Positions 51,285-64,000 of a stretch of DNA of 64,000 nt are shown here, piece after piece (the first letter of the stretch is position 1; each line of letters starts with the position of its first letter). The DNA lies in NCBI GenBank assembly GCA_963707985.1, contig CAVPRW010000033.1:1-64000 (forward strand), written 5' to 3'. Under the pieces are notes generated by a model. That model did no database searches, had not been told where the DNA came from, and worked only from the letters and a program-made list of their open reading frames with translations. The DNA comes from an uncultured Nitrospinota bacterium. GTDB taxonomy: Bacteria > Tectomicrobia > Entotheonellia > J063 > CAVPRW01. Both the position numbers and the translations under genes were made by a program.

Positions 51285-52634
51285 ATGGCTGAGACGGGAT
51301 GGCAACTGCCTGCGACACTTGACGCACCTGATGGCCGCAAGCTGATGGAATGTGTCCATTGTGGGTTGTGCCTGCCAACCTGTCCGACCTATGCGGAATT
51401 AGGGGTGGAGATGGACTCGCCGCGTGGGCGGATTTATCTCATGCGAGCGGTCGTCGAGGGCAAGCTGTCCCTCTCCGCTCCCTATCAGCAGCACATCTCC
51501 CAGTGCCTGGGGTGTCGGGCTTGCGAAACGGCCTGTCCTTCGGGAGTGCAATTCGGTCAGCTTATCGAAGGCGCGCGCGCGCAGATCGAACAAGCCGGTG
51601 CCCCCCACTATCCGCCTCTCGCCAGGTGGCTGCGAGCCCTGGCGTTTCGGGGCATTCTGCCACGTCCGATGGTCCTGCGCACCCTGGGAAACCTGTTGCT
51701 CTTCTACCAAGCCTCCGGTTTCCGAGCCTTGTTGAATTCCTCATCGATCAGGCGGTGGCTACCCAAGCGTCTGGCGGAGCTGGATCAGCTCCTGCCCACG
51801 CTACCGAAGCGGGCCTATCGCGCGCGCTTACGAGAGGTGACACCAGCATTAGGAGAGCAGCGCGGACGGGTGGGCTTCGTTTCCGGGTGTGTGATGCCGA
51901 TTTTCTTCGCCCAGGTCAATGACGCCACGGTACGATTGCTGGCCGCCAACGGCTTCGAGGTGATTACCCCACGCACCCAGCGCTGCTGTGGGGCGCTGCA
52001 TGCGCATGCCGGTGAGCGGGAGGAGGCACGGCGACTAGCACGGCAGAACCTCGAAGCCTTCGCCCAGGCACGCGTCGACTGGATCGTCATTAACGCCGCC
52101 GGCTGCGGCGCCATGTTGAAAGAGTATCATGACTTACTGCAGCATGACCCTCTGTTGCGGGGTGCAGCGCGGCAATTCAGCGATCGTGTGCTGGATGTGA
52201 GCCAGTTTTTCGATCGTTTCCCGTTTCGTGGTCCACTCGGAGAGCTCAGATTGCGCGTGGCGTATGACGATCCCTGCCACTTGCTCCACGGGCAGCGGGT
52301 CAAGGAGGAGCCGCGTCGTCTGCTGCGCTCCATCCCAGGCTTGGAGCTGTTAGAGGTGCCGGAGTCGGATTGGTGTTGTGGCAGCGCGGGGATTTATAAT
52401 CTCGTCCATCCCGACCTGTCGCACCAGATTCTGGAACGCAAGATGAAACATCTCGCGGCTGTGAACCCCGACGTCATCACCACCGGGAACCCAGGTTGCC
52501 TGATCCAGCTTGGCATCGGGGTGAGGCAGCACGGCTTGAGCGCCGCGGTCGTCCATCCCGTCGAGTTGCTGCACCGGGCATATCTGGCCGCGACGGCCAA
52601 GCCTGTCCCTTACCCCTTGGACCACTTGCCCTAA
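51285..52634 (+). CDS. glcF: Glycolate oxidase iron-sulfur subunit GlcF
   Basis: CVHCGLCLPTCP, SPRGR, CLGCRACETACP, two CCG domains. Confidence 0.92.
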   Translation: MAETGWQLPATLDAPDGRKLMECVHCGLCLPTCPTYAELGVEMDSPRGRIYLMRAVVEGKLSLSAPYQQHISQCLGCRACETACPSGVQFGQLIEGARAQIEQAGAPHYPPLARWLRALAFRGILPRPMVLRTLGNLLLFYQASGFRALLNSSSIRRWLPKRLAELDQLLPTLPKRAYRARLREVTPALGEQRGRVGFVSGCVMPIFFAQVNDATVRLLAANGFEVITPRTQRCCGALHAHAGEREEARRLARQNLEAFAQARVDWIVINAAGCGAMLKEYHDLLQHDPLLRGAARQFSDRVLDVSQFFDRFPFRGPLGELRLRVAYDDPCHLLHGQRVKEEPRRLLRSIPGLELLEVPESDWCCGSAGIYNLVHPDLSHQILERKMKHLAAVNPDVITTGNPGCLIQLGIGVRQHGLSAAVVHPVELLHRAYLAATAKPVPYPLDHLP

Positions 52635-52644
52635 GAGCGCTTGC

Positions 52645-53338
<694 letters not shown>

Positions 53339-53355
<17 letters not shown>

Positions 53356-54724
53356 TCTCTTGACACCACAGGCTCTGGTCGTGGCCAAAGACTCGGATGA
53401 CGTCAAGGAGTTGCTGGAAGCGCTGGGCTCCTGGGGCTTCAAAACGGTCTGGGCCAAAGATGGTGAGGCGGGCTACAACGTGTTGGACGGCGCCGAGGTG
53501 TTCCATGCGCTGATTACGGAGCTCAATGTCCAGCGCATCGACGGGATGCGCCTGCTATCGGTGGCTAAACAGCGCAACCCGGAGATCTGCGTCATCACGA
53601 TCGCCAGCGATGCCGATATCGAGCTCGCCACCGAGGCCATGCGCCAGGGAGCCTACGATTTCCAGACCAAGCCGCTCAATCTCAAGAAGATGAAGGCCGT
53701 GCTCGATCGGGGCCTGTCGCTACAACGCCTCGCCCTCGAGGTCACCGATCTGCATCGCCGGCTCGATCAACGTTATGGCTTTCATAATCTTATCGGCAAC
53801 TCACGAGGGATGGTGGCCGTTTACAACATGATCCGGCAGATTGCCCCCACACGCGCCACCGTGCTGATCATGGGAGAAACGGGGACTGGCAAGGGCGTGG
53901 CGGCGCAAACGATCCATCAGAACAGCTCGCGCCGGGATGCCCCTTTCGTGACGCTGAACTGCGCCTCTCTGGCGGAGGGAGTGATCGAGAGTGAGCTCTT
54001 CGGTCACGAACGGGGTGCCTTTACGGGAGCTATCCAGACTCATAAAGGGCGCTTCGAGATCGCCGACGGTGGCACCCTGCTTTTGGACGAGGTCAGTGAG
54101 ATGTCCCTGGCAACTCAGGCGAAACTGTTGCATGTGATCGAAGATCGCGAGTTTGAACGGGTCGGAGGGACGCGCCCGATCAAGGTCGATGCGCGCTTAA
54201 TCGCTGCCACGAACCGAGATCTGGAGCAACAGGTCAAGGAGGGCAAATTCCGCGAGGACCTGTTCTTCCGCCTCAAAGTGGTGACCATCAAGCTCCCGCC
54301 GTTGCGGGAGCGCAAGCAAGATATCCCACGTTTGGTAGAAGCGTTTCTCCATGAGTTCAATGTCGAGCATGAGAAGTACCTCACGGGGATTTCGCGGGGT
54401 GCGATAGATTTGCTCATGCAGTATTATTGGCCGGGAAATGTGCGTGAACTGAAGAATACGCTCGAAGGCATGGTCGTGCTCTCCGCCAGCGGCCGGATGC
54501 TGGATGTCGCCGATCTGCCGGAGCATATCCTTCGCCAAGTCGAGTTGCAGACGCCAGCGGCAGATATTCATGTGCGTGTGGGCATGACGATGGAGGAGAT
54601 CGAAAAGATCGCCATCGAACACACCCTCCGTTCGGTAGGATACGACAAACAAAAAGCCGCGGAGATCCTCGGCATCGGGCTGCGCACCCTCTATCGCAAG
54701 CAGAAGCGCTATCAGCTGGGGTAG
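53339..54724 (+). CDS. Sigma-54-dependent activator (NtrC/AtoC family) with atypical receiver domain
   Basis: GETGTGK, ESELFGHERGAFTGA, LDEV, FREDLFFRL, WPGNVREL, Fis-type HTH. Confidence 0.93.
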
Positions 54725-54980
54725 GGGAGGGATCTCTGCAGCGGGCCTCGGCAGTCATTGTCATCAACACCGTTGTCAAAGTGGCACAGGCCGTTTGGGG
54801 CACCGGGGACATGGCCAAGACTCTTGGGAAATCAACCTCCTAGTCATGGATTTAACGAGGGGAACAAGAGGAGCTCTGTTGTCATTTGGGCAAAGCGTGG
54901 TGGGTGTTGACGCCTCCCGCACGACGACCTGATACCTGCTAACCACCGTATGCCAAGGCATCATGCATTTGACCCAGGAA

Positions 54981-54996
54981 TGGCATAGCAATTGCT
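54981..54996 (+). promoter_or_regulatory. Sigma-54 (-24/-12) promoter upstream of groES
   Basis: TGGCAT-AGCAA-TTGCT matches TGGCAC-N5-TTGCW. Confidence 0.8.
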
Positions 54997-55108
54997 CATA
55001 CATAGTAGTGACCTCTGAGAGACAGAGGTGTGGCGATCGGTTTAAGAGCGGCCTGGCGAGAATTTCGCGGTGCGCTCACGACCTTGTGAAGAAATGGAGG
55101 ATTGTCCC

Positions 55109-57057
<1,949 letters not shown>

Positions 57058-57160
57058 GGCGAACGCCCGAACTCCGGCTTATGCTTTAGTGGTATGCCGA
57101 GAGAGGATTGCCCGTATGCCCCACGCTGACGGGGGTAATCCTCTCCCGGCCGCTGTTCGT

Positions 57161-57200
57161 GACCTCAATCGACCCCCCAAGGGCTGGTTGAGGTCTTTTT
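57161..57200 (+). terminator. Rho-independent terminator after groEL
   Basis: GACCTCAATC...GGTTGAGGTC stem followed by TTTTT. Confidence 0.7.
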
Positions 57201-57251
57201 GTAAATGACTCACGATCTTCACCTACCTCGACTCCAGCCAGGGAGAGAGCC

Positions 57252-58070
57252 GTGTCATCCCCTCTGTTCCTGTGGAATCATCTCACAACGCTTCTCCAGC
57301 GCTGCGTCGTTCATGACTGCTGCGTCCTCTTCCTAGATTATGATGGCACACTCGCACCCATCGTCGAAGACCCTGCAGCCGCGCATATGGCCCCGGCCAT
57401 GCAACATGTGCTCGCCGCCCTGGTGCAGCACCCGCGTTATCGCGTCGCCATCGTCAGCGGTCGAGCCTTGGCAGACCTTCGGACGCGCCTGTGGGGACAG
57501 GGGTTGTACCTAGCCGGGAACCATGGCCTGGAGATCGACGGACCAGGGCTCCGCTACAATCACCCCGAGGCTTGGCGGGTACGACCTGAGCTCGATTCTC
57601 TGGTGCAGGCGATGACAAGTGATTTGGAGCCAATCCCAGGGGCTTGGGTCGAGGACAAGGGGTTGACCCTCAGTGTGCACTTCCGGCGTGTGCCCTTGGC
57701 TCGCGTGCCCGAGGTCAAGGCACACCTGCTCAAACGTGCTGGCCCTGGCATCGATGCTGGACGGCTGGCGCTGAGAACCGGTAAGGCTGTCCTGGAGATC
57801 AGGCCGCACGTCGAGTGGTCGAAGGGAGAGGCGGTGAGTTGGATTCTAGAACAGATCCGTCTGGAGAACCCGGTGGCCAGTGTGCTGGCACTCTACCTCG
57901 GCGATGATGACACCGATGAGGATGCTTTCCGCGTCCTGGCCTCTACTGGCGTCGGCATTGTTGTGGGGAACGATCGCCACGGCTCTGCGGCCCAATTTTA
58001 CGTGGAATCGACCACGGAGGTCGAGCGCTTGCTCTCGCGGCTAAGCACCTTATCCTGGCCAGCGACCTAG
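57252..58070 (+). CDS. otsB: Trehalose-6-phosphate phosphatase
   Basis: FLDYDGTLAP, VSGR, GNHGLE, EIRP, KG, GDDDTDEDAF. Confidence 0.93.
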   Translation: MSSPLFLWNHLTTLLQRCVVHDCCVLFLDYDGTLAPIVEDPAAAHMAPAMQHVLAALVQHPRYRVAIVSGRALADLRTRLWGQGLYLAGNHGLEIDGPGLRYNHPEAWRVRPELDSLVQAMTSDLEPIPGAWVEDKGLTLSVHFRRVPLARVPEVKAHLLKRAGPGIDAGRLALRTGKAVLEIRPHVEWSKGEAVSWILEQIRLENPVASVLALYLGDDDTDEDAFRVLASTGVGIVVGNDRHGSAAQFYVESTTEVERLLSRLSTLSWPAT

Positions 58071-58205
58071 CAGGCGCCAGACAGCAAAAATACCCCCCGA
58101 AACCGACTATGCCAAGCGTCTCCCGTCGATCCTCAGGTCCGTGTCGTGACTCAATGGGGCGGGATTGGCCAGACCTGAAGCGGAGTGGTCGCACTGGGGG
58201 AGAAT

Positions 58206-59063
58206 ATGCATCGATTCTTAAAGCGTCATGCCCTTGACAGCCTGTTGCTGCTACCCCTGTTCGGCTACCTATTTGTCCTCACCGGCCTGCCATTGCTGTC
58301 GTCTCTGGTGCTAAGCTTTACGGAAGGGGAAGCGGGACTTTTTCCATCCCTGGCCAATTATCGCCTACTCCTACGCGAGAGTCAGTTTCTCCTGGCCCTA
58401 CGCAACACGCTGTGGCTCGCGGGACTGGGCATAATTCTGCAACTTCTCACCGGGTTGGGGGTAGCACTGGTGCTGCACCAACTCATCCTGGGACGCGGCC
58501 TTGTGCGAACCATCGTACTGACCCCTCTCGGTGTCCCGACCATCGTCGCTGGTGTAATGTTTACCTATGTGTTCGGAAGTGCGGGGTATCTGAACGAGAT
58601 CCTGCATCGTCTGGGAGCCATTGACACGCCCGTCGACTGGCTCGGGGGCGATTGGCGCAGCCTCGGGGTCATCTTGATGGCCGAGCTCTGGAAAGTCACG
58701 CCTTTGGTCACCCTCATCCTGTTAGCTGGTCTGGAGAGCGTTCCCGAGAGCACGCTTGAAGCAGCGGCGGTCGATGGGGCGGGGGCGTTGCGCCGATTCT
58801 GGCACATCACGCTTCCTCTGCTGCGTCCGTCATTGATCACGGCCGTGGTTCTGCGGGCGACCGACGCGTTGCGGATTTTTGAGCTCCCCCTGATTCTGAC
58901 TGGAAAGAGCGTGCCAGTTCTGGGGACATTCGCCTATAGCGAATATTACGAATACTACAACCCATACACCTCCGCCGCGGCAGCAAATCTGCTGCTGGGG
59001 ATGGTGGTGCTCTGCGTCGTGAGCTACCTATTTCTGATGACGCGTCGACAGGGAGAGTCTTGA
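58206..59063 (+). CDS. Carbohydrate ABC transporter permease (MalF-like)
   Basis: TM helices; EAA loop EAAAVDGA...FWHITLPLLRP. Confidence 0.92.
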   Translation: MHRFLKRHALDSLLLLPLFGYLFVLTGLPLLSSLVLSFTEGEAGLFPSLANYRLLLRESQFLLALRNTLWLAGLGIILQLLTGLGVALVLHQLILGRGLVRTIVLTPLGVPTIVAGVMFTYVFGSAGYLNEILHRLGAIDTPVDWLGGDWRSLGVILMAELWKVTPLVTLILLAGLESVPESTLEAAAVDGAGALRRFWHITLPLLRPSLITAVVLRATDALRIFELPLILTGKSVPVLGTFAYSEYYEYYNPYTSAAAANLLLGMVVLCVVSYLFLMTRRQGES

Positions 59064-59878
59064 TGAAACGGACGCGTTTGGTAACGTGGTGGTATGGCGG
59101 AGCCTTCGTAGCGGTGCTCTTCACGCTCTTCCCACTATACCTGCTGGTGAAGATCTCTGTGAGCCCGCCAGCTGAGGTGTTCACCCCCCACCCGAGCTTC
59201 GCCCTACATGCGGTGACCAGCGAGCACTGGCAGACTCTCCTGACCGCCGGTACTGTGTCGCGGCCGTTGAGCAGGAGTCTACTGGTGGCGACGTGGACGA
59301 TGCTGGGCGCCATTGGGCTGGCCGCCCCAGCAGCGTATGTGATGGCGCGCATGCCTCAACCCTGGAAATATGGGTTGCTCTTAAGCCTCTTCGCCAGCCG
59401 CATGATCCCCGAAGTCGGCATTGCGCTGCCTGTGGCAGTGCGGTTCCTGCAGTGGGGTCTGATGGACACTGAGCTCGGACTCGTGCTGGCACACCTCATC
59501 AAGACACTCCCCTTTGTCGCATGGATTCTGGTGGCTACGTTTGAAACAATTCCAGTAGAGCTTGAAGAGGCGGCGGCGGTCGATGGGTGCCATCGCCTGG
59601 GCATCTTGGCACGTGTCGTGTTCCCCTTGGCGGCACCGGGAATGGCTGTAGCGGCACTTTTCGCCTGGTTGGAGTCCTGGAACGAGTTTACCTATGCGCT
59701 GTATTTGAGCCTTACAGAGAACACCCTGCCCCTGCAGGTCTATTACTACGTCACGCGAGGCAACTGGTTTGATGCGGCGACCTATGCCACGTTGCTCACG
59801 GTGCCCGTGATGGTCGTGACCGCGTGCTTGCAACGTTACCTGAAGGCCGGCTATCTCGCCGGAGCGATCAAGGGCTAG
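59063..59878 (+). CDS. Carbohydrate ABC transporter permease (MalG-like)
   Basis: ELEEAAAVDG, SWNEF, C-terminal GAIKG. Confidence 0.92.
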   Translation: MKRTRLVTWWYGGAFVAVLFTLFPLYLLVKISVSPPAEVFTPHPSFALHAVTSEHWQTLLTAGTVSRPLSRSLLVATWTMLGAIGLAAPAAYVMARMPQPWKYGLLLSLFASRMIPEVGIALPVAVRFLQWGLMDTELGLVLAHLIKTLPFVAWILVATFETIPVELEEAAAVDGCHRLGILARVVFPLAAPGMAVAALFAWLESWNEFTYALYLSLTENTLPLQVYYYVTRGNWFDAATYATLLTVPVMVVTACLQRYLKAGYLAGAIKG

Positions 59879-59888
59879 GAGAAGGGCC

Positions 59889-61091
59889 ATGACATGCGGC
59901 CGGGTGCTACTGGTGGGGATGGCTTGCTTGCTGCTGGTGGGACGAGCCGACGCTGTTACTGAGCTGTCCGTGATGATGGGCCTCGGCGAAATCGAGTGGC
60001 GGACGATGCGCGAACGCATTTTCCCACCCTTTGAGCAGCAACACGGCGTCATCATTCGGAGCGTGCAAGCGGAGGCTGCTGACGCGGTCAAAAAACTGGT
60101 GGCCATGCATCGCGCCGGCCGTATGCAGGTCGATCTCATTGCTCAGGACATACTGTTATTGCAACCGCTTGTGGATGCCGGTGTGATGGAGGACCTGTCG
60201 GACTCGCAGCCCGACATTCCCCCGACCGTGCTGCCGCAATTGGTCGAGGTAGGCACCTTCGACGGCACGATCTATTTCATGCCCTATCGTCCGAACGTCC
60301 AGATCGCCTACTATCATGCCACAAAATTTGCGGCGTACGGTATGCAACCGCCCCAGACATGGGACGAGCTGCTGGCGGTGGCCCAACGTTTCAAGTCAGA
60401 AGAAGGTGTTGGCCGGGTGTTGCTACACGGTACCCTCGACCTGAATACGACGACACATGTGATCGAGTTCATTTGGGCGGCAGGGGGCAACCCGCTGGTC
60501 CTGAATGACCAGGGCAGCGTGCAGGCATTCACCTTTCTCCGCCAGCTCGCCGCGGCGCTGGCGCCCGAGACGCGGCGGGCCAATTGGAATACCACCAATA
60601 GCTTCCTCGGCACCGAGTCGGTATATCTGGCACGCAATTGGCCCTTCGGTGTACACTTGCTCGTCCAGCAAGCGGGGAAAACCCAAATCAAGGCCTATGC
60701 CGGTTGGCGGGGACCCGTGCGGCAGGCCCATGTGTTGGGAGGCGAGGTGCTTGGCATCCCCAAGGGTGCCCCGCACCGAGATCTGGCGCTTGCGCTCATG
60801 CGGTATCTGATGTCAAGGCCTGTGCAAGAGTCCCTGGTCTCGGCCCTTGGTTGGCCCTCTTTCCGCAGCGATGCCTATGGTACGATCGAACCCTGGCAGA
60901 CCCCTTACTTTGCAGCCGTCCAGGAAGCCTTGGGTCATGCCCATCCAAGGCCCCACGTGCCGACGTGGTCCGAGGTTGATCGGGCGCTGAATGGAGCGTT
61001 TCGGGAGATCGTGTACGAAGGCAAGCCGGTGCAAGCGGTTTTGGATCGCTATCACCGCCAACTCCAGGAGGCCCAGAAACGGTCGAGGTGA
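59889..61091 (+). CDS. Carbohydrate ABC transporter solute-binding protein
   Basis: Signal peptide; PPQTWDEL, NWP, LGG, PRP family-1 SBP motifs. Confidence 0.9.
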   Translation: MTCGRVLLVGMACLLLVGRADAVTELSVMMGLGEIEWRTMRERIFPPFEQQHGVIIRSVQAEAADAVKKLVAMHRAGRMQVDLIAQDILLLQPLVDAGVMEDLSDSQPDIPPTVLPQLVEVGTFDGTIYFMPYRPNVQIAYYHATKFAAYGMQPPQTWDELLAVAQRFKSEEGVGRVLLHGTLDLNTTTHVIEFIWAAGGNPLVLNDQGSVQAFTFLRQLAAALAPETRRANWNTTNSFLGTESVYLARNWPFGVHLLVQQAGKTQIKAYAGWRGPVRQAHVLGGEVLGIPKGAPHRDLALALMRYLMSRPVQESLVSALGWPSFRSDAYGTIEPWQTPYFAAVQEALGHAHPRPHVPTWSEVDRALNGAFREIVYEGKPVQAVLDRYHRQLQEAQKRSR

Positions 61092-61633
61092 GGTGACTGC
61101 AGCCACGAAGTGGACCACGTCGCGTCCGCCGCCACCGCTCCAGCATGCTAGGGGTCACGGCTGCACGACCAGAGGCGGTGGAATCACTAGTAGACATCCA
61201 CGCAGCTGCATCATATATTGATCGTTGCTGGGCTGGCTACGAGCAGCATATCGTTTCTCAAGCATGCATCTATCCGAGTAGATTGGGTTTCTATTCCTAC
61301 CCCGCGGCGCCTCTGATTATCATGCCGGCAGTTGATCACTCCTCAGCTTTAGCCGCGGCACAAGTGCCTACATGCCCATCGCTAGTCGCTATACAATTGG
61401 GGGGAAGGGGATTCACGAGTACATCGACCGTAGTGCTGATGCTAACTGGCTAGACGATGAACAGCGTTCGTTGCAGTGCCTGTTAGACGCTGCCTGCGAA
61501 TCCATGCGATGCCATGAGGTATCAGCCAAAACCGCCTCTATTCTCGACCGTTTGAAGAGGCTGGCGGACAACGAATCCGAGACATTTGGCAACCAATATA
61601 TCCTGAGAGGTTATTGAGCACCGGGAGGGACTG

Positions 61634-63016
61634 ATGAACCCCCAAATATTCCGGGAGTACGATATTCGTGGTGTCGTGGGGCAAGACTTTGCCGAGGCCG
61701 ATGTGGAGCGCATCGGTCTCGCCTTCGGCACCTATGTCCGCCAACAGGGTGGCAAGCGTTTGGCGGTAGGTCGCGATCACCGACTCAGCTCGGAGTCATT
61801 TGGTATGGCCCTTACCAAAGGACTACAGGCTACCGGTTGCGATATTGTCGATATTGGTCTTGTGCCAACTCCTGTGCTTTATTTCTCTCTCTTCCATCTG
61901 AACACTGATGGCGGGTGCATGATTACCGCCTCGCATAATCCTGCTGAGTATAACGGCATCAAGCTCTGCCTGGGTAAAGCTGCCCTGCACGGCAAAGACA
62001 TTCAACATATTGGTCGCCTCGCGGAGCACGGGCCATTCGCCGCAGGTCCCTCGCAGCGCACAGAGGCTGAGGTCATTGCCCCCTATATGGCGTATATCAC
62101 CAATCAGATTCGACTTCGTCGTCCGCTGCGCGTTGTGGTCGATTCCGGGAACGGCACGTCGGGACTCATCATCCAGGATTTACTCCGACGTCTGGGCTGT
62201 GAAGTGTATGAGCTGTTCTGTGAGGTCGACGGGACCTTTCCAAACCACCATCCCGATCCCACCGTGCCAGAGAATCTGACCGATATCATCCGCGAAGTAA
62301 AGGTGCGTCAGGCCGACGTTGGTCTGGCCTATGATGGTGATTCCGATCGTCTGGGCGTCATCGATGAAAGGGGCGAGATCATCTGGGGGGACCGACTACT
62401 GGCGTTGTTTGCACGGGAGATTTTGAGCCGCCAGCCGGGCGCCAAGGTGATCTTCGATGTCAAATGCTCACAGGTTTTGGTCGATGACATCCGTCAACAC
62501 GGGGGCAAACCCATTATGTGGATGACGGGCCATTCGCTTATTAAGAAAAAACTCTATGAAGAACACGCGGCATTGGCAGGGGAAATGAGCGGCCATCTGT
62601 TCTTTGCCGACGGATATTTTGGCTACGATGATGCACTGTACGCCTCGTGCCGGCTGTTGCAAATTCTCGACCGCGCCAACGCCCCCCTCAGCACCCTCTT
62701 AGCCGATCTTCCTGTGACCTATAGCACGCCAGAAATCAGGGTGGCCTGCTCTGATGAAGATAAATTTGGGGTAGTCGAGCAGGTGAAGGGCATGTTTCAG
62801 CAGGAAGACCAAGTACGCGAAGTGGTCACGATCGACGGGGCACGCATCATCTTTGCCGATGGATGGGGATTGGTAAGGGCTTCGAACACACAGCCAGGGT
62901 TGGTCCTCCGCTTTGAAGCCACCACGGCAGAGCGTTTAGAGGCTATTCAAACCTTCGTGGAAGAGAAATTACGGGGATTCCCGAGCGTCAAGCTCGATGA
63001 GATGCCTTCCCATTAA
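61634..63016 (+). CDS. Phosphomannomutase/phosphoglucomutase
   Basis: FREYDIRG, TASHNP, DGDSDR, GEMSGH, RASNTQP. Confidence 0.95.
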   Translation: MNPQIFREYDIRGVVGQDFAEADVERIGLAFGTYVRQQGGKRLAVGRDHRLSSESFGMALTKGLQATGCDIVDIGLVPTPVLYFSLFHLNTDGGCMITASHNPAEYNGIKLCLGKAALHGKDIQHIGRLAEHGPFAAGPSQRTEAEVIAPYMAYITNQIRLRRPLRVVVDSGNGTSGLIIQDLLRRLGCEVYELFCEVDGTFPNHHPDPTVPENLTDIIREVKVRQADVGLAYDGDSDRLGVIDERGEIIWGDRLLALFAREILSRQPGAKVIFDVKCSQVLVDDIRQHGGKPIMWMTGHSLIKKKLYEEHAALAGEMSGHLFFADGYFGYDDALYASCRLLQILDRANAPLSTLLADLPVTYSTPEIRVACSDEDKFGVVEQVKGMFQQEDQVREVVTIDGARIIFADGWGLVRASNTQPGLVLRFEATTAERLEAIQTFVEEKLRGFPSVKLDEMPSH

Positions 63017-63055
63017 GGATAAGAGTCCTTAGGGGTAAGTATCTCGATCCCTGCA

Positions 63056-63088
63056 CCGACGTCCGCGCCCGCTGGGGGAGGACGTCGG
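63056..63088. terminator. Stem-loop between convergent genes
   Basis: CCGACGTCC...GGACGTCGG. Confidence 0.45.
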
Positions 63089-63103
63089 CACCTCCTCAGA
63101 AAC

Positions 63104-64000
63104 CTAGCGGGCGGGTGGAGGTGAGATCGGCTGTTCTGGGCGCGATACCTCCACAGCGGCCAGGCGCTCGATGATGGTCATGACCACGCTCGTATCCTGC
63201 TCAGCTAAGCCGGCTGCGATCGCCATCTGTTGGTACTGTTGTGCCACATTGGCAAAGCTGACTGGCACATGCAGCTCCTTGGCGATGGTGTTGAACGTCT
63301 CCAAATCCTTGTTCATCAATTGCACTTTGAAGCCCGGCTCGAATTGGCGTGGGATCAGCGAGTTCGGGATACGCTCCAGCGCCTTGCTGGCGCCACTGCT
63401 AGCCTTCACCACCTCGTAGATCGTCATCGGATCGAGCCCTGCCTTAACGCCGAGGGCTACCCCCTCCATCATGGCGAGGGCATTGACACTGGCCAGCATA
63501 TTGTTGATCGCCTTCACCGTGTTGCCTGCTCCCACCGGACCCACATGGAAAATGTTGGGGCCAATGGCACGGAGCACCGACTGGGCACGCGTCAGTGTTT
63601 CGGGGTCGCCTCCTACCATGATCGCCAGCGTGGCGGCGCGTGCACCGCTAACCCCACCGCTGACCGGGGCCTCCAGGAAATGCACGCCGCGCGCCTGGGC
63701 CCGTGGCTCGATCTTTCGCGGCGTCGACGGGAGCACGCTGCTGAGGTCGATCAAAATCGTTCCCGGCTTGGCACTGTCTACCAATCCCCCTGGCTCCAGG
63801 TAGACGGCTTCGACATCCGGTGACGCTGGAAGCGAGGTCAAAACGATTTCCGCACCCTCGACGACCGCACGCGCCGAGGCAGCGCCCTGCGCCCCCGCCT
63901 GGAGGAGATTTTCCATCGCCCGCGGATTCCTGTCATAGACGATCACCGGAAAACCTGCTTTCAACACGTTAGAAGCCATGGGATTGCCCATGTTGCCAAC
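63104..64000 (-). CDS. NAD(P)-dependent beta-hydroxyacid dehydrogenase (3-hydroxyisobutyrate dehydrogenase/tartronate semialdehyde reductase family), 5' end outside window
   Basis: VGNMGNPMA, EAPVSGG, KAINN, FEPGF...KDL. Confidence 0.92.
   Translation of the reverse strand, partial: VGNMGNPMASNVLKAGFPVIVYDRNPRAMENLLQAGAQGAASARAVVEGAEIVLTSLPASPDVEAVYLEPGGLVDSAKPGTILIDLSSVLPSTPRKIEPRAQARGVHFLEAPVSGGVSGARAATLAIMVGGDPETLTRAQSVLRAIGPNIFHVGPVGAGNTVKAINNMLASVNALAMMEGVALGVKAGLDPMTIYEVVKASSGASKALERIPNSLIPRQFEPGFKVQLMNKDLETFNTIAKELHVPVSFANVAQQYQQMAIAAGLAEQDTSVVMTIIERLAAVEVSRPEQPISPPPAR

Overview
GC-rich bacterial chromosome segment, probably from a metagenome-assembled genome. Lineage cannot be fixed from sequence alone; gene style is compatible with Tectomicrobia/Entotheonella-like bacteria (inference). 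In order: end of an SPFH gene; DUF983-ABC ATPase fusion plus ABC-2 permease; a patch of small orphan genes (3.2-8.6 kb); a molybdenum-hydroxylase cluster (coxD-coxE-coxM-coxS-mocA-xdhC-DUF309) lacking a large subunit; a type 1 BREX locus (HTH-brxA-brxB-brxC-pglX...pglZ-brxL, minus strand, 14.7-35.1 kb); a MoxR/DUF58/BatA/DUF4159/DUF4175-type operon; glcDEF, rhomboid and an atypical sigma-54 activator; groES-groEL behind a sigma-54 promoter; otsB plus a sugar ABC importer; PMM/PGM; a truncated beta-hydroxyacid dehydrogenase. Most striking is the 6.2 kb between pglX and pglZ: an ABC-ATPase/PIN pair, three MNT-HEPN pairs, HicBA, an orphan MNT, VapBC and a HEPN relic. The array is punctuated by two relic copies of the pglZ 5' end (one inside a 37/39-bp direct repeat), suggesting serial cassette accretion at the pglZ start with no integrase in the window. 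Seven single-base frameshifts are seen; five can be repaired by the same base deletion and are probably sequencing artefacts. No tRNA, rRNA, CRISPR array or transposase was recognised.
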